Shown: positions 9,257-19,413 of the stretch, piece after piece
How the letters are laid out: each line of letters starts with the position of its first letter
Position numbering within the stretch: position 1 is the stretch's first letter
Origin: Alphaproteobacteria bacterium
Lineage (GTDB): Bacteria > Pseudomonadota > Alphaproteobacteria > Caulobacterales > Maricaulaceae
Reading direction: 5' to 3'
Assembly (NCBI GenBank): GCA_024742735.1
Contig: JANSXV010000006.1
Location: 11,213 to 75,212 of the forward strand
Length of the DNA stretch: 64,000 nt
Made by a program: the position numbers and the translations under genes
Notes under the pieces: generated by a model
What the model saw: the letters and a program-made list of their open reading frames with translations, nothing else
What the model was told of the DNA's origin: nothing
Database searches by the model: none

Positions 9257-10245
9257 TCCGGCCAGGCGAAGCTCAGAAGAAGCGTGCGCTGGGCGTCGTT
9301 GAAATTGTCGTCGGACAGGATGAGGATGCGGCGATCGCCATTGATCTGAGCGAGCGCGACCGCTTCGAAATTGTCCACCGTCATGTCCGGCTCGAGCTGC
9401 GCGAGCGGTTCCGGCGCCAGGATGCGCTCCGGCTCGCTTAGCGCTTCGGCTGACAGGCGGCCCAGAACGATGCGGTTTCCCACATCGCGGGCCCAGAACC
9501 GTTCGACCACCAGAAGGCCGCCTTCGCCATCCGCCGTCAGCCCGGTCAGGCCGAAGCCCGGCGTCAGCGTCACCGCCGCGCTCCGGGGCGGGGTGTCCAG
9601 GCGGGAGAGGTCATAGCGCCACAGCGTGTTGGGCTGACCGTCCACGATCGGGTCCTCGATCCCGGCGAAGAGCTGATCGCCCAGGCGCGCCAACGCCTCG
9701 GCGCCGGCATTGGCGCGCAGCCGGTCGGCGCCGGGAAGGCCGGGGAAGGAAGACGGCGTCGCGGTTTCGACCTGCGACCAGTTTTCGCCGATTTCGTAGA
9801 CTGCGATGCGGTGGTCGCGCTCAAAACTGACCGCGTAGCGGCCGCCGCCAAGCGGCGCGAGGCCTTCCGCGTCGGCCCGCTCGCCCGAGAGCGGCGCGCC
9901 GTCCGTGTCCAGCATGGGCGTGATCACGATGTCTGCGAGGCCGGTCAGGTCGCCCGCCTCGTCATAGACGAGCCGCGCGGTCATCCACGCAGCACTGTCC
10001 GAAATCGCCAGAAGACGCGTTCCGTCTTCGCTCACTTCCATGGCCGACCAGCCGCCGAACAGGGGGCTGTCGCTGGCTAGGGCCAAGCCGCCCGCGTATC
10101 GCAGCGCGCCCACACCGCGCCGGCCGGTATCATCGGGAAACAGCGCGACCGGCTCGGCCCGAACCTGCGGCGCTTCAGGCGCGTCGGCCCCGCATCCGGC
10201 TGCACTCAGCACCATCAGGGCGGCGAGGGCGGGACGCAGGGCCAT
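9253..10245 (-). CDS. Esterase-like activity of phytase family lipoprotein
   Basis: Lipobox-like LSAAGC, FGGWSAM, AISD, DAEGL, DNFEAV, ILSDDNFN motifs. Confidence 0.85.
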   Translation of the reverse strand: MALRPALAALMVLSAAGCGADAPEAPQVRAEPVALFPDDTGRRGVGALRYAGGLALASDSPLFGGWSAMEVSEDGTRLLAISDSAAWMTARLVYDEAGDLTGLADIVITPMLDTDGAPLSGERADAEGLAPLGGGRYAVSFERDHRIAVYEIGENWSQVETATPSSFPGLPGADRLRANAGAEALARLGDQLFAGIEDPIVDGQPNTLWRYDLSRLDTPPRSAAVTLTPGFGLTGLTADGEGGLLVVERFWARDVGNRIVLGRLSAEALSEPERILAPEPLAQLEPDMTVDNFEAVALAQINGDRRILILSDDNFNDAQRTLLLSFAWPD

Positions 10246-10284
10246 GGCGGGTCTCCGGTCAGATCAAACGGTTGGGAGGTCTGG

Positions 10285-10602
10285 TCAGAATTTCTCCGGC
10301 CGCAGCACCTCGACATCATCAATATAGACGATGCCGGACTGCTTCTTCAGATACTTTTCTGCGACAGCTTCGGCGATGCGTTCGGCGGCGGCGCGGTCCT
10401 TCACGATCACCTCGATGCGCGACAGGGAGAAGCCCTGGATCACCGAGGGGCGCGAGCCGCCCGGATGCATGCCGTGGGCGCCTTTGCCGCTGCAGTCGAT
10501 GACGGTGTAGCCCTTCGCGCCTTCTTCTTCGACGACGGCGCAGACCTTGTCGCGCATGAGCTGCTCGACGACGAGGACGATTTTCGTGGCCTTGTGGAAC
10601 AT
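10285..10602 (-). CDS. sbtB: PII-like SbtB-type regulator
   Basis: 105 aa, GAKGYTVIDCSGKG, RIEVIV, GIVYIDDVEVLRPEKF; immediately downstream of an sbtA-like gene. Confidence 0.8.
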   Translation of the reverse strand: MFHKATKIVLVVEQLMRDKVCAVVEEEGAKGYTVIDCSGKGAHGMHPGGSRPSVIQGFSLSRIEVIVKDRAAAERIAEAVAEKYLKKQSGIVYIDDVEVLRPEKF

Positions 10603-10630
10603 GGTTGAAAGCTCCGGCTTGAGGTCAGTC

Positions 10631-11638
10631 TTACAGATTGAAGACGAGTTGGGCGAGGGCGACATAGAGCGGAATGCCCACGGCGATGGCGATGGGCGTG
10701 CCGACGGCCGTGGACGAGCCGACATAGGCGGAAGGGTTCGCGCCCGGGATCGCCGCCCGCAGGGTCGGCGGGCCCGAGATGTCCGAGCTGGATCCGGCCA
10801 TGACGGCCAGCAGCACCACCCCGCCCGGGCTGAAGCCCGTCATCACATGGGCGATATAGCCAAGGCCGAAGGCGGCCAGGCCATGCACGAGCGGGCTGAC
10901 GGCGGCGTAGACGGCGTACCAGTGGGCCACCTTGGCGAGCTCGGCCATGCGCGACCAGGCTTCCATGCCCAGGATCAGCATCAGGATGGAGAGCAGGCCG
11001 CGGAAGAGCGGATCGTAGAAGCTCTCAACAACGCTGTCCGGCTGGGTCAGAAGACCCAGCGCCAGGCCGAGCATGAGCGCGGACAGGGCCGAGCCCTTCA
11101 TGGAGTCCACGACGATGCCCTTGAAGTCGACCTTCTCGCCCGCCGCGCCTTCGGCGCGCTGCTTGGCGATGCCGGCCAGAACGATGGCGGCCAGCAGGGC
11201 TGGCAGGTCCATGAAGGGATAAAGGGCGGGCACCCAGGCTTCGAAGGGGATTTCCGCTTCATCCAGCACCACCATGGCGGCGGCGAGCGTGGAGGCGGAC
11301 ACCGCGCCGAACAGGCCGGCCGTGGCGTAGCCGTCCTCGGCCTGAAGCCTGGGCAGGCGGGTCAGCAGCCCTGCGCCGACCATGACGATGCCAACGCCCA
11401 GGACGACTGCGAACAAGGCCGGCAGCAGCATTTGTCCCAGATCGGCCTGGCGGATCTCCATGCCGGCCTCCATGCCGATGGTGATCAGCAACATGAAGAC
11501 GATGAAGCGGTAGATCGGATCGGGAATGGTCAGCTTGCTGCCGAGCGCGGCGATGAGCATGCCGCCGATAAGGAAGGCGAGCGTCGGCTTCTGAAACTGC
11601 GACACGAAGGTGGTCGCGAAATCGGTAATGACGTCCAT
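10631..11638 (-). CDS. sbtA: Sodium-dependent bicarbonate transporter family permease
   Basis: About ten TM helices, GLFGAVSAST, GSSSDISGPPTLRAAIPGANPSAYVGSSTAVGTP. Confidence 0.88.
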   Translation of the reverse strand: MDVITDFATTFVSQFQKPTLAFLIGGMLIAALGSKLTIPDPIYRFIVFMLLITIGMEAGMEIRQADLGQMLLPALFAVVLGVGIVMVGAGLLTRLPRLQAEDGYATAGLFGAVSASTLAAAMVVLDEAEIPFEAWVPALYPFMDLPALLAAIVLAGIAKQRAEGAAGEKVDFKGIVVDSMKGSALSALMLGLALGLLTQPDSVVESFYDPLFRGLLSILMLILGMEAWSRMAELAKVAHWYAVYAAVSPLVHGLAAFGLGYIAHVMTGFSPGGVVLLAVMAGSSSDISGPPTLRAAIPGANPSAYVGSSTAVGTPIAIAVGIPLYVALAQLVFNL

Positions 11639-11720
11639 GACGGCTCTCCGGACTGGATCAGTGTCAGCCGCGGAGATAGGCGATCAATTTAGTTATATAA
11701 AATACAATGATTGAATGATA

Positions 11721-11741
11721 TTGTTCTGCTTTAACGAACAA
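11721..11741. promoter_or_regulatory. LysR-type operator palindrome
   Basis: TTGTTC-N9-GAACAA containing T-N11-A, in the AT-rich divergent sbtA/lysR spacer. Confidence 0.65.
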
Positions 11742-11751
11742 AGACGATGCC

Positions 11752-12618
11752 ATGAACTACAAGCACCTGCGCTATTTCCGGGCTGTGGCCCATGAAGGCC
11801 GGCTTACCAAGGCGGCCGAAACGCTGAACCTGTCCCAGTCGGCCCTGTCCACCCAGATCCGCCAGCTTGAGGCTCAGCTGGGCCATGACCTGTTCGAGCG
11901 CCAGGGCCGCACGCTCGTCCTGACCGAGGCCGGGCGGGTCGCGCTGGATTATGCCGACATGATCTTCGCGGCCGGAGACGAGCTGGAAAGCACGCTGAAG
12001 GGCGGTGCTGGAGCTGGCCGCAGAGTGCTGAATGTCGGCGCCCTGGCCACGCTGTCACGGAATTTCCAGACCGACCTGCTCGCCCCGCTCGTGGCGTCCG
12101 GCGAAGCCGAAGTGCACCTGCGGTCAGGCTCCTTGCCGGAGCTGATGGATGCGCTCGAGGCCCATAATCTTGATCTGGTGCTGGCCAACCAGGCGCCGGT
12201 CCGCGACGCCGGCAGCGCCTGGACCGTTCACCGTCTGGCCGAGCAGAAGGTCAGCCTGATCGGCACGCCGCAACGGCTCGGCGAGGGGGGCGGCGTGCAG
12301 ACGCTGCTGTCGTCCCACCCATTGATCCTGCCATCCCGGCGCAGCGGCGTGAGGTCCGGCTTCGACGCCCTGGCCATGCGCTTGGGGCTGAGCCCCGTCA
12401 TCGCCGCAGAAGTGGACGACATGGCGATGCTGCGCCTGTTTGCGCGCAATGACGCCGGCCTCGCCGTCGCGCCGCCCATCGTCGTGCGCGACGAGCTGGC
12501 GAGCGGGCGCCTGGTGGAGGCCGCCGAGCTGCCGGAGATCGCGGAAACCTTCTATGCCATCACGCTGGAGCGGCGCTTTCCGAACCCGCTTGTGGCCCAG
12601 GTGCTTGCAAGCGCGTAA
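11752..12618 (+). CDS. LysR family regulator (NhaR-like), divergent from sbtAB
   Basis: MNYKHLRYFRAVAHEG..TKAAETLNLSQSALSTQIRQLE HTH; substrate-binding domain with EVDDMAMLRLFA. Confidence 0.93.
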   Translation: MNYKHLRYFRAVAHEGRLTKAAETLNLSQSALSTQIRQLEAQLGHDLFERQGRTLVLTEAGRVALDYADMIFAAGDELESTLKGGAGAGRRVLNVGALATLSRNFQTDLLAPLVASGEAEVHLRSGSLPELMDALEAHNLDLVLANQAPVRDAGSAWTVHRLAEQKVSLIGTPQRLGEGGGVQTLLSSHPLILPSRRSGVRSGFDALAMRLGLSPVIAAEVDDMAMLRLFARNDAGLAVAPPIVVRDELASGRLVEAAELPEIAETFYAITLERRFPNPLVAQVLASA

Positions 12619-12694
12619 GGCGCGGCCGATTGCGTCCGCTCCGGCATGAGCGCGGACTTGTGGCCGATCTGTCTGTCCATGACCTCCAGGCCGC

Positions 12695-12723
12695 TTGCGT
12701 GTCCGCATCGCCGTGCCCATAAT
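12695..12723 (+). promoter_or_regulatory. sigma70-type promoter for leader peptide-rsgA
   Basis: TTGCGT-N17-CATAAT. Confidence 0.6.
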
Positions 12724-12762
12724 GATCGAGTCGTCAACGCCTGCTGAAGGAGGGCGGTTTTC

Positions 12763-12819
12763 ATGGCCATTGTATTCGCCCTTCGGGCCGGCGTGACCGG
12801 TCTGCCCGTCCGCGCGTAA
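12763..12819 (+). CDS. Putative 18-aa leader peptide MAIVFALRAGVTGLPVRA
   Basis: AAGGAGG ribosome-binding site, ATG...TAA, lies between promoter and rsgA; too short for the ORF track. Confidence 0.6.
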   Translation: MAIVFALRAGVTGLPVRA

Positions 12820-12926
12820 GCGGCGGCAGGCCTTTCCGTCAGCCCTGATCGCTTCGCCGCACCGGTCAGCGCCGGCGTGGCCGTGATTTCGCCTGCATGT
12901 TCATGCGGGCCTGACGGACAAGACAA

Positions 12927-13970
12927 TTGACCCACTACACTCTCTCCGAGCTGGGCGTGCGCCCGGCCATGCTCGCCCATCTCGACCTTGAAACTGAAAC
13001 CCCCGATGATCTGGCCCGGGTATCCGCGGTTCATCGCGACGCGCTGGAGGTCCTGACCCAGAACGGACCCGCCCGCCTGCGCCACGCGCCTTTTGACGAT
13101 CCGGAGGACCGCCCTACCGTCGGCGATGTCGTTCTCATCGACCGCGCCCTGGAGCGGCCCGCACGGGTGCTGCCGCGCACCAGCGTGTTCAAGCGCAAGG
13201 CGGCGGGCGTGGAGGCGAAGATTCAGCTGATCGCGGCCAATATCGATACGGGCTTCATCGTCAGCTCCTGCAACGCTGATTTCAAACCAGCGCGCCTGGA
13301 ACGCTATCTCGCCATGGTGCGCGAAGCCGGCGCCGAGCCGGTCATCCTGCTGACCAAGGCCGATCTCGCAGATCCGGCGCCGTATCTCGAGGCCGCGCGG
13401 CGGATCGCCGGCGACGCGCTCGTCGAAGCGGTGAACGCTCTGGACGCCGGGGACCTCACGAAACTATCGCCGTGGACCAGAGCCGGTCAGACGGCCGCGC
13501 TGATCGGATCCTCGGGTGTCGGCAAGACAACCCTCGTCAATACGCTGACCGGCGTTGGAGCCGCCACCGGCGGGATCCGCGAGGATGACGCGAAGGGCCG
13601 CCATACGACGCGTGGGCGGACGTTGCACCGAATGGTGTCCGGCGGCTTTCTTGTCGACACGCCAGGCCTGCGCGAGCTCGCGCTGGCGGGGGTGGACGCG
13701 GGCCTGTCCGCGACGTTCGAAGACCTCGCCGAACTGGAGATGCGCTGCCGCTTCGCCGACTGCACCCATCACGGTGAACCGGGATGTGCGATCGAGGCGG
13801 CGCTTGCGGCCGGCGAGATCGATCCGGACCGATGGCGGCGTTTCGAAAAGCTCAAGCGCGAAGCGGCCCGCAACGACGCCACACTGAAAGAGCGCCGTGA
13901 CGCCAGCAAGGCGCAGGGCAAGCTCTACAGGCGCATTCAGGACGAGCACCGCAAGAGCAAGGGGCGATGA
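12927..13970 (+). CDS. rsgA: RsgA/YjeQ-family circularly permuted GTPase (long paralogue)
   Basis: TKAD (G4), GSSGVGKTT (G1), GRHTT, DTPG (G3), Zn site CRFADCTHHGEPGC; TTG start. Confidence 0.92.
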   Translation: MTHYTLSELGVRPAMLAHLDLETETPDDLARVSAVHRDALEVLTQNGPARLRHAPFDDPEDRPTVGDVVLIDRALERPARVLPRTSVFKRKAAGVEAKIQLIAANIDTGFIVSSCNADFKPARLERYLAMVREAGAEPVILLTKADLADPAPYLEAARRIAGDALVEAVNALDAGDLTKLSPWTRAGQTAALIGSSGVGKTTLVNTLTGVGAATGGIREDDAKGRHTTRGRTLHRMVSGGFLVDTPGLRELALAGVDAGLSATFEDLAELEMRCRFADCTHHGEPGCAIEAALAAGEIDPDRWRRFEKLKREAARNDATLKERRDASKAQGKLYRRIQDEHRKSKGR

Positions 13971-14020
13971 TCGTGTCCGCCGTACAGGCCACTCACCGGC
14001 CTCGCTCGGCGTGTCAGACC

Positions 14021-15946
14021 TTAACGCCTCACGGCGCCGGCCGTGGCCCGCTTCAGCGCTGACAGGCCCGGCCCGCCGCGATCCTTGCGGACAGTACCGT
14101 CCTTGTGGCGGCGCGGGGCCTTGCGCGGGGCTTCTTCGAAAAGCGCCGCGAGCTGATCGGTGATGGCGCCGGCGAGCTGTTCGACATCGACGATAGTGAC
14201 CGCCTTCTTGTAATAGCGGGTCACATCATGGCCGATGCCGATGGCCAGAAGCTCCACCTCGGACCGGTTTTCGATCTGGTCGATCACCTCGCGCAGGTGC
14301 TTTTCCAGATAGGCGGGAGAGTTCGCCGACTGGGTGCCGTCGTCTACCGGGGCGCCGTCGGATATCACCATCATGATCCTGCGCTGTTCAGGCCGGGCCA
14401 GCAGACGCTTGTGGGCCCAGAGCAAGGCCTCGCCGTCGATGTTCTCCTTCAACAGCCCGTCGCGCAGCATCAGGCCCAGATTGGGCCGGGCCCGCCGCCA
14501 GGGCGCGTCGGCGCTCTTGTAGATGATGTGGCGCAGATCGTTCAGGCGGCCCGGATTATGGGGCTTGCCCGCGCTCAGCCAGTCTTCCTTGGAGCGCCCG
14601 CCCTTCCAGGCCTTGGTGGTGAAGCCGAGGATCTCGGTTTTCACCCCGCACCGCTCTAGCGTGCGCGCCAGAATGTCCGCGCAGGCCGCCGCCACCAGGA
14701 TCGGCCGGCCGCGCATGGAGCCGGAATTGTCCAGCAGCAGGGTCACGACCGTATCGCGGAACTCCATGTCCTGTTCCTGCTTGAAGGACAGAGGCTGCAT
14801 CGGGTCGGTGACGACCCGGGTCAGGCGGGCCGGGTCGAGCACGCCTTCCTGAAGATCGAAGGACCAGGCGCGCTGCTGCTTCGCCATGAGCTTTCTCTGA
14901 AGCCGGTTGGCGAGGCGCCCCACAGCGGCCTCCAGGCCTTTGAGGTGCTGATCGAGATTGCGGCGCAGGCGGGAGAGTTCGTCGTCGTCGCACAGATCGC
15001 CGGCCTGGATGATCTCGTCATGGGCGGTGGTGAAGACCCGATAGGCGTCGGCATCCTCACCGGACGGGGCGACATGGTTCGGCCTGGCCGCCTCCATGCT
15101 TTCGCCGGGCTCTTCATCGGACTCCACACGCTGCTGGCTTTCGCCGGCATAGTGGATGTCGTCGCTGTCCGCGGCCGTGCCTTTCAGATCCTCGGGTTGC
15201 TCCTGCTCGCCTTCATCGCTCTGGGCTTCGCCGTCATCCTCACCGGCCTGAGGTTCCTGTTCGACGCCGGAGTCATCCTCGTTCTCTTCAGGGTCCTCTT
15301 CCTCATTGTCCTCGCCAAGCTCGTCGGAGAGGTCGAGATCGCGGATCACCTGACGCAGCGCATCGGCGAAGGCGGCCTGGTCATCCGCGGAGGTGCTCAG
15401 CTTGTTGAGCGCGTCGCCGGCGGCCGACTCCAGATCATCCCGCCAGACCTTCATGAGGCCCCTGGCGTCGTCGGGAACCTTGCGCCCGGTGATGCGCTCG
15501 CGCACCAGCATGGAAATGGCGGCCTCCAGCGGCGCGTCCTGGCGGTCCTCCGCGATGTTCCAGCCCTCGCGCCGGCACCGGTCGACCAGCGCGGCGTCCA
15601 GATTGTCGGACACCCCGCGCATGGATTTCGCACCGAGCGCCTCGCAGCGCGCCTGCTCGGCGGCGTCGAAAATCTTGCGCGCGGTCGAGCCAGGCGGCAG
15701 GGCCTGGGCATGCTTGGCGCTGTCATGGAGCGCGACCCGGAGCGCCAGCGCGTCAGCCTTGCCGCGCGCCATGGCGGCGTCGGACAGGTCGAGCCTGTCC
15801 GGCGGGTTGGGCAGGTGCAGCCGGCCCTGAGCGAGCGCGGCCTTTTCCCCGCCGAACTTCACCTCCAGCTCGCGGTTCCCTGACAGGGCGCGCGAGGTGG
15901 CGGCGAGGGCGCGTCGAAACTGCTCGGCGGGGGACTGATCGGTCAT
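14021..15946 (-). CDS. cobT: CobT (vWA partner of CobS)
   Basis: Acidic linker, [37 protein letters not shown]. Confidence 0.95.
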   Translation of the reverse strand: MTDQSPAEQFRRALAATSRALSGNRELEVKFGGEKAALAQGRLHLPNPPDRLDLSDAAMARGKADALALRVALHDSAKHAQALPPGSTARKIFDAAEQARCEALGAKSMRGVSDNLDAALVDRCRREGWNIAEDRQDAPLEAAISMLVRERITGRKVPDDARGLMKVWRDDLESAAGDALNKLSTSADDQAAFADALRQVIRDLDLSDELGEDNEEEDPEENEDDSGVEQEPQAGEDDGEAQSDEGEQEQPEDLKGTAADSDDIHYAGESQQRVESDEEPGESMEAARPNHVAPSGEDADAYRVFTTAHDEIIQAGDLCDDDELSRLRRNLDQHLKGLEAAVGRLANRLQRKLMAKQQRAWSFDLQEGVLDPARLTRVVTDPMQPLSFKQEQDMEFRDTVVTLLLDNSGSMRGRPILVAAACADILARTLERCGVKTEILGFTTKAWKGGRSKEDWLSAGKPHNPGRLNDLRHIIYKSADAPWRRARPNLGLMLRDGLLKENIDGEALLWAHKRLLARPEQRRIMMVISDGAPVDDGTQSANSPAYLEKHLREVIDQIENRSEVELLAIGIGHDVTRYYKKAVTIVDVEQLAGAITDQLAALFEEAPRKAPRRHKDGTVRKDRGGPGLSALKRATAGAVRR

Positions 15947-15958
15947 GGAATGTCGCGT

Positions 15959-16948
15959 TTAGGCCGCCGCGCCGGACTTCACCGCGCTTTCACGCAAGTT
16001 CTCGCCGAACACGCGCTGGTACATTTCCGCCACGATGGGGCGTTCCAGTTCGTCGCACTTGTTCAGGAAGGTCAGGCGGAAGGCCGTGCCTGCGTCGCCG
16101 AAGATCTGGGTGTTCTCCGCCCAGGTCAGCACGGTGCGCGGGCTCATGACCGTGGACATGTCCCCGGCGATAAAGGCCTCGCGGGTCATGTCGGCGACCT
16201 TGACCATGTCGGCGATGGCCTTCGCGCCGGCTTCGGACCGACCGTACTCGCCCAGCTTGGCCGCGACGATCTCACGCTCGGTCTCGAACGGCAGATAGTT
16301 CAGCGTGGACACGATGGACCAGCGGTCCATCTGGCCCTGGTTGATCTGCTGGGTGCCGTGGTAAAGGCCAGTCGTGTCGCCGAGGCCCACCGTGTTGGTG
16401 GTGGCGAACAGGCGGAAATTCGGGTTCGGACGGATCACGCGGTTCTGGTCCAGCAGCGTCAGGGAGCCCTGAGCTTCCAGCACGCGCTGGATGACGAACA
16501 TCACGTCAGGCCGGCCGGCGTCATACTCGTCGAACAGGAGCGCGACCGGGCGTTGCACGGCCCAGGGCAGGATGCCTTCCTGGAACTCGGTGATCTGCTT
16601 GCCGTCTTTCAGGACGATGGCGTCCTTGCCGACCATGTCGATGCGGCTGACATGGCTGTCCAGATTGACCCGGATCATGGGCCAGTTCAGCCGCGCGGCG
16701 ACCTGCTCGACATGGGTGGATTTGCCCGTGCCGTGATAGCCCTGGATCATGACCCGGCGATTGAAGGCGAAACCGGCCAGGATCGCGCGCGTCGTCGCGG
16801 CGTCGAAAACATAGGTCTCGTCAATGTCCGGCACGTGCTCGTCGCGCGTGGAGAAGGCGGGAACCTCAAAGCCGGGATCAAACCCGAACAGGGCCTGGCA
16901 GTCGGCCTTCGTGTCGGGCTTCAGGGCGGTCAGCGCGTCGTCGGTCAT
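15959..16948 (-). CDS. cobS: CobS AAA+ ATPase
   Basis: GYHGTGKST Walker [12 protein letters not shown] Walker B, QMDRW. Confidence 0.96.
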   Translation of the reverse strand: MTDDALTALKPDTKADCQALFGFDPGFEVPAFSTRDEHVPDIDETYVFDAATTRAILAGFAFNRRVMIQGYHGTGKSTHVEQVAARLNWPMIRVNLDSHVSRIDMVGKDAIVLKDGKQITEFQEGILPWAVQRPVALLFDEYDAGRPDVMFVIQRVLEAQGSLTLLDQNRVIRPNPNFRLFATTNTVGLGDTTGLYHGTQQINQGQMDRWSIVSTLNYLPFETEREIVAAKLGEYGRSEAGAKAIADMVKVADMTREAFIAGDMSTVMSPRTVLTWAENTQIFGDAGTAFRLTFLNKCDELERPIVAEMYQRVFGENLRESAVKSGAAA

Positions 16949-17033
16949 GGATCGGATACCCCGGGGTCAGTCAGAACAGCGTGTCCGCTTACCTAGCGCG
17001 CGAAGCCGCCCGGCGCCACCACGGCGCTGAGCG

Positions 17034-17666
17034 CTACGCCATCCCGGCGCCCTTGAGGATCTGATAACTCGCGACGACCTTCTGCAGCAGCTCTTCCATG
17101 GAGCGGTCGCCGCCATTGGAATCGGGGTGATAAGCGCGCACCAGCTCTGCGTAGCGCTTGCGCACCTCGGCCTTGGTCGCTTCGGGTTCGAGCGACAGCG
17201 TCTCCAGCGCGCGTTTCTGCAGCCGGCCCATGCCGGCATGCTTGTCTTCGGTTTCGCGCTGCTTGCGCTCCTGGCCCGGAGGCGGGCGGTCGCCGAACAG
17301 GGAAAAGGGGTCGACGAAACCGTCGGCGAAATCCTTGCTGGCGCGCTCGGCCCGGCGGCGTGAGGTGGCGCCGGAACCGAAGCCCCAGGTGGGCCGATGG
17401 CCGTAGAAGTCAGCCTCAACATGGGCGCGGGCGGCGTCCTCGCTCATGCTTTCAAAGAAATTCCACTGCTTGTTGTACTCGGCCGCATGGCTCTGGCAGA
17501 ACCAGTAGAACTCGTCGCGCTTGGCCGGGCTTTTCGGCGCGCGCGCGGTGGCCTTGGAGCGGCACTGGGGATGCTCGCACACCCGCTCCTCCGGCGAAGG
17601 CTCGTCCTTCGGCGGTTTGATGCGGATATCCTTGAACCGCGGGCGGTATTTGTAGGAACCGTCCAT
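17034..17666 (-). CDS. J-domain protein
   Basis: N-terminal Cys/His motif (CEHPQC...WFCQSH..EYN..WNFF), C-terminal J domain with HPD. Confidence 0.9.
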   Translation of the reverse strand: MDGSYKYRPRFKDIRIKPPKDEPSPEERVCEHPQCRSKATARAPKSPAKRDEFYWFCQSHAAEYNKQWNFFESMSEDAARAHVEADFYGHRPTWGFGSGATSRRRAERASKDFADGFVDPFSLFGDRPPPGQERKQRETEDKHAGMGRLQKRALETLSLEPEATKAEVRKRYAELVRAYHPDSNGGDRSMEELLQKVVASYQILKGAGMA

Positions 17667-17718
17667 GGTGTGAAGTATGGGTCGATGCGGGTTGTCCGGC
17701 AATGAACGGAGATGTGAC

Positions 17719-17988
17719 ATGGGTGAGGTGAAACAGCGGATCGAAGCGGCGCTGACTGCGGCGTTCCAGCCGGAAAGCCTTGAAATCACCGACGACAGCT
17801 CGCTGCACGCAGGCCATTCCGGCGCGCCGGACGGCGGGGAAAGTCATTTCACCGTGCACATCACAGCCAGCGCTTTCTCCGGCAAGAGCCGGGTGGAGCG
17901 CCACCGTATGGTCAATGCGGCGCTGAAAGAGGAGCTCGCCGGGCCGGTTCACGCCCTGGCGCTCAAGGCCAAGGCGCCGGGGGAGTAG
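17719..17988 (+). CDS. bolA: BolA family protein
   Basis: DDSSLHAGH, ESHF, SRVERHRMVN, VHALAL. Confidence 0.93.
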   Translation: MGEVKQRIEAALTAAFQPESLEITDDSSLHAGHSGAPDGGESHFTVHITASAFSGKSRVERHRMVNAALKEELAGPVHALALKAKAPGE

Positions 17989-17997
17989 GCGGGCGGC

Positions 17998-18645
17998 TTA
18001 TTCGCCGCTGCCTTGGGGCGCGTCCGCCGCTTGCGTGCCGCTGTTCTCCAGGCGATCATTCAGCGCCTCGGTCGCTGCGCTCACCTGGCCGCGATTGTTT
18101 CCGATGATGGACAGGATCTGCTCGCGCTGGGTCTGGGCCAGCCAGACACCGAACACCTGGGCGTCCAGCACCTGCAGCTCGCCATCGGATTCCAGCACAC
18201 GCCAGTTGACGTCATAGGTGCGCCCGTCGGGCCCGCCGGTCACTTCCGAACGCACCACATAGTCACCGGGCGAGCGGGTGACCGAGCCGGTCACCGACAG
18301 GGTCTGTCCGGCATAGTTGGTCAGCTCGGTCTCGTAGACGCTGATGGCGTACTCGCGAAAGGTCTCGCTGAACGCAGCCAGGTCCTCTTCGGACGCGGTT
18401 CGGCGATAGCGGCCAAGCACGAAATTGGTGATCCGCTCCACATCGGCCAGCCGGTCGATGCGGTCGCGAAATTCCGCGCGCACCTCGTCGAGATCGCGCT
18501 CGCCGGCCTGCAGGGCCTGCAGGGTTTCGATCACGCTCTGGGCGTTGGACTCAACGAAAGCCTCCGCCTCAGACGCGCTGGTGTCCTGCGCGGAGGCTGC
18601 GCCGGTGAGGATCAGCGCCGCAGCGGCGAGCACGGACTTGAACAT
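17998..18645 (-). CDS. mlaC: MlaC/Ttg2D phospholipid-binding periplasmic protein
   Basis: Signal peptide, FVLGRY, VNWRV, D..V.GVWLAQTQREQI; adjacent to mlaA. Confidence 0.85.
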   Translation of the reverse strand: MFKSVLAAAALILTGAASAQDTSASEAEAFVESNAQSVIETLQALQAGERDLDEVRAEFRDRIDRLADVERITNFVLGRYRRTASEEDLAAFSETFREYAISVYETELTNYAGQTLSVTGSVTRSPGDYVVRSEVTGGPDGRTYDVNWRVLESDGELQVLDAQVFGVWLAQTQREQILSIIGNNRGQVSAATEALNDRLENSGTQAADAPQGSGE

Positions 18646-18660
18646 GGGCAGCTCCACAGG

Positions 18661-19413
18661 TCAGTCGAAATCAGGCAGATCGTCGAACGCGGCGTCGTCA
18701 TCGCCGCTGCGATCGCGGATCTGTTCGGCGCGCAGCTGCCTGTAGGCGGAACGCATCTGGACGTAAGGGTCGATGGCGGTTCGATCGAGCGTCGCAAAGG
18801 CGTTTTCCGCATCGGCGCGGAATCGCAGCCCGTTCAGACCGCGTAGCGCCCAGGCCTCGCCGGACTGCGAGAAGTCTTCATTCCAGTTGAACGGATGGGG
18901 ATAGCGGTCAACGAAGCGTCCCGCCCCGTCCCGCAGGTTGGACGGCCCCAGCAAGGGCAGCATCAGATAGGGGCCATCACCCAGGCCCCAGACGGCCAGG
19001 GTCTGGCCGAAATCTTCGTTGTGTTGGGGAACGCCGTTGGCCTCGGCCAGCGCGAACAACCCGCCGATCCCGAATGTCGTATCGGTGATGAAGCTGAGCA
19101 GCACATCGCTGGAACGCTCAAAATCGCCCTGCAGAAGCGTATTCGCCAGCACGACCGGCCGGTTGAGATTGTTGAACACGTTGCGCACGCCGCGCTGGGC
19201 CGGCTGCGGCGTCACCTGGGCATAGGTGCGCGCAGCCGGACCCAGGATCGCGCGGTCGGCCGCATCATTGAACTGGAATACGGCCCGGTTCACCGGCTCG
19301 AACGGGTCGCCGGCCTCAAGAGCGTCCGGGCTGGTCGCGCAAGCGGTTGAAAGCGCAGCGAAACCGGCCACCAATAGAAAGCGAATCAAAATCATCCAAT
19401 GTCCTTGAGTCAC
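18661..19413 (-). CDS. mlaA: MlaA/VacJ lipoprotein
   Basis: Lipobox LSTAC, DPFEPVNR..F.FND, EDFGQTLAVWG, YLMLPLLGPSNLRD, DPYVQMRSAY. Confidence 0.93.
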   Translation of the reverse strand: MTQGHWMILIRFLLVAGFAALSTACATSPDALEAGDPFEPVNRAVFQFNDAADRAILGPAARTYAQVTPQPAQRGVRNVFNNLNRPVVLANTLLQGDFERSSDVLLSFITDTTFGIGGLFALAEANGVPQHNEDFGQTLAVWGLGDGPYLMLPLLGPSNLRDGAGRFVDRYPHPFNWNEDFSQSGEAWALRGLNGLRFRADAENAFATLDRTAIDPYVQMRSAYRQLRAEQIRDRSGDDDAAFDDLPDFD

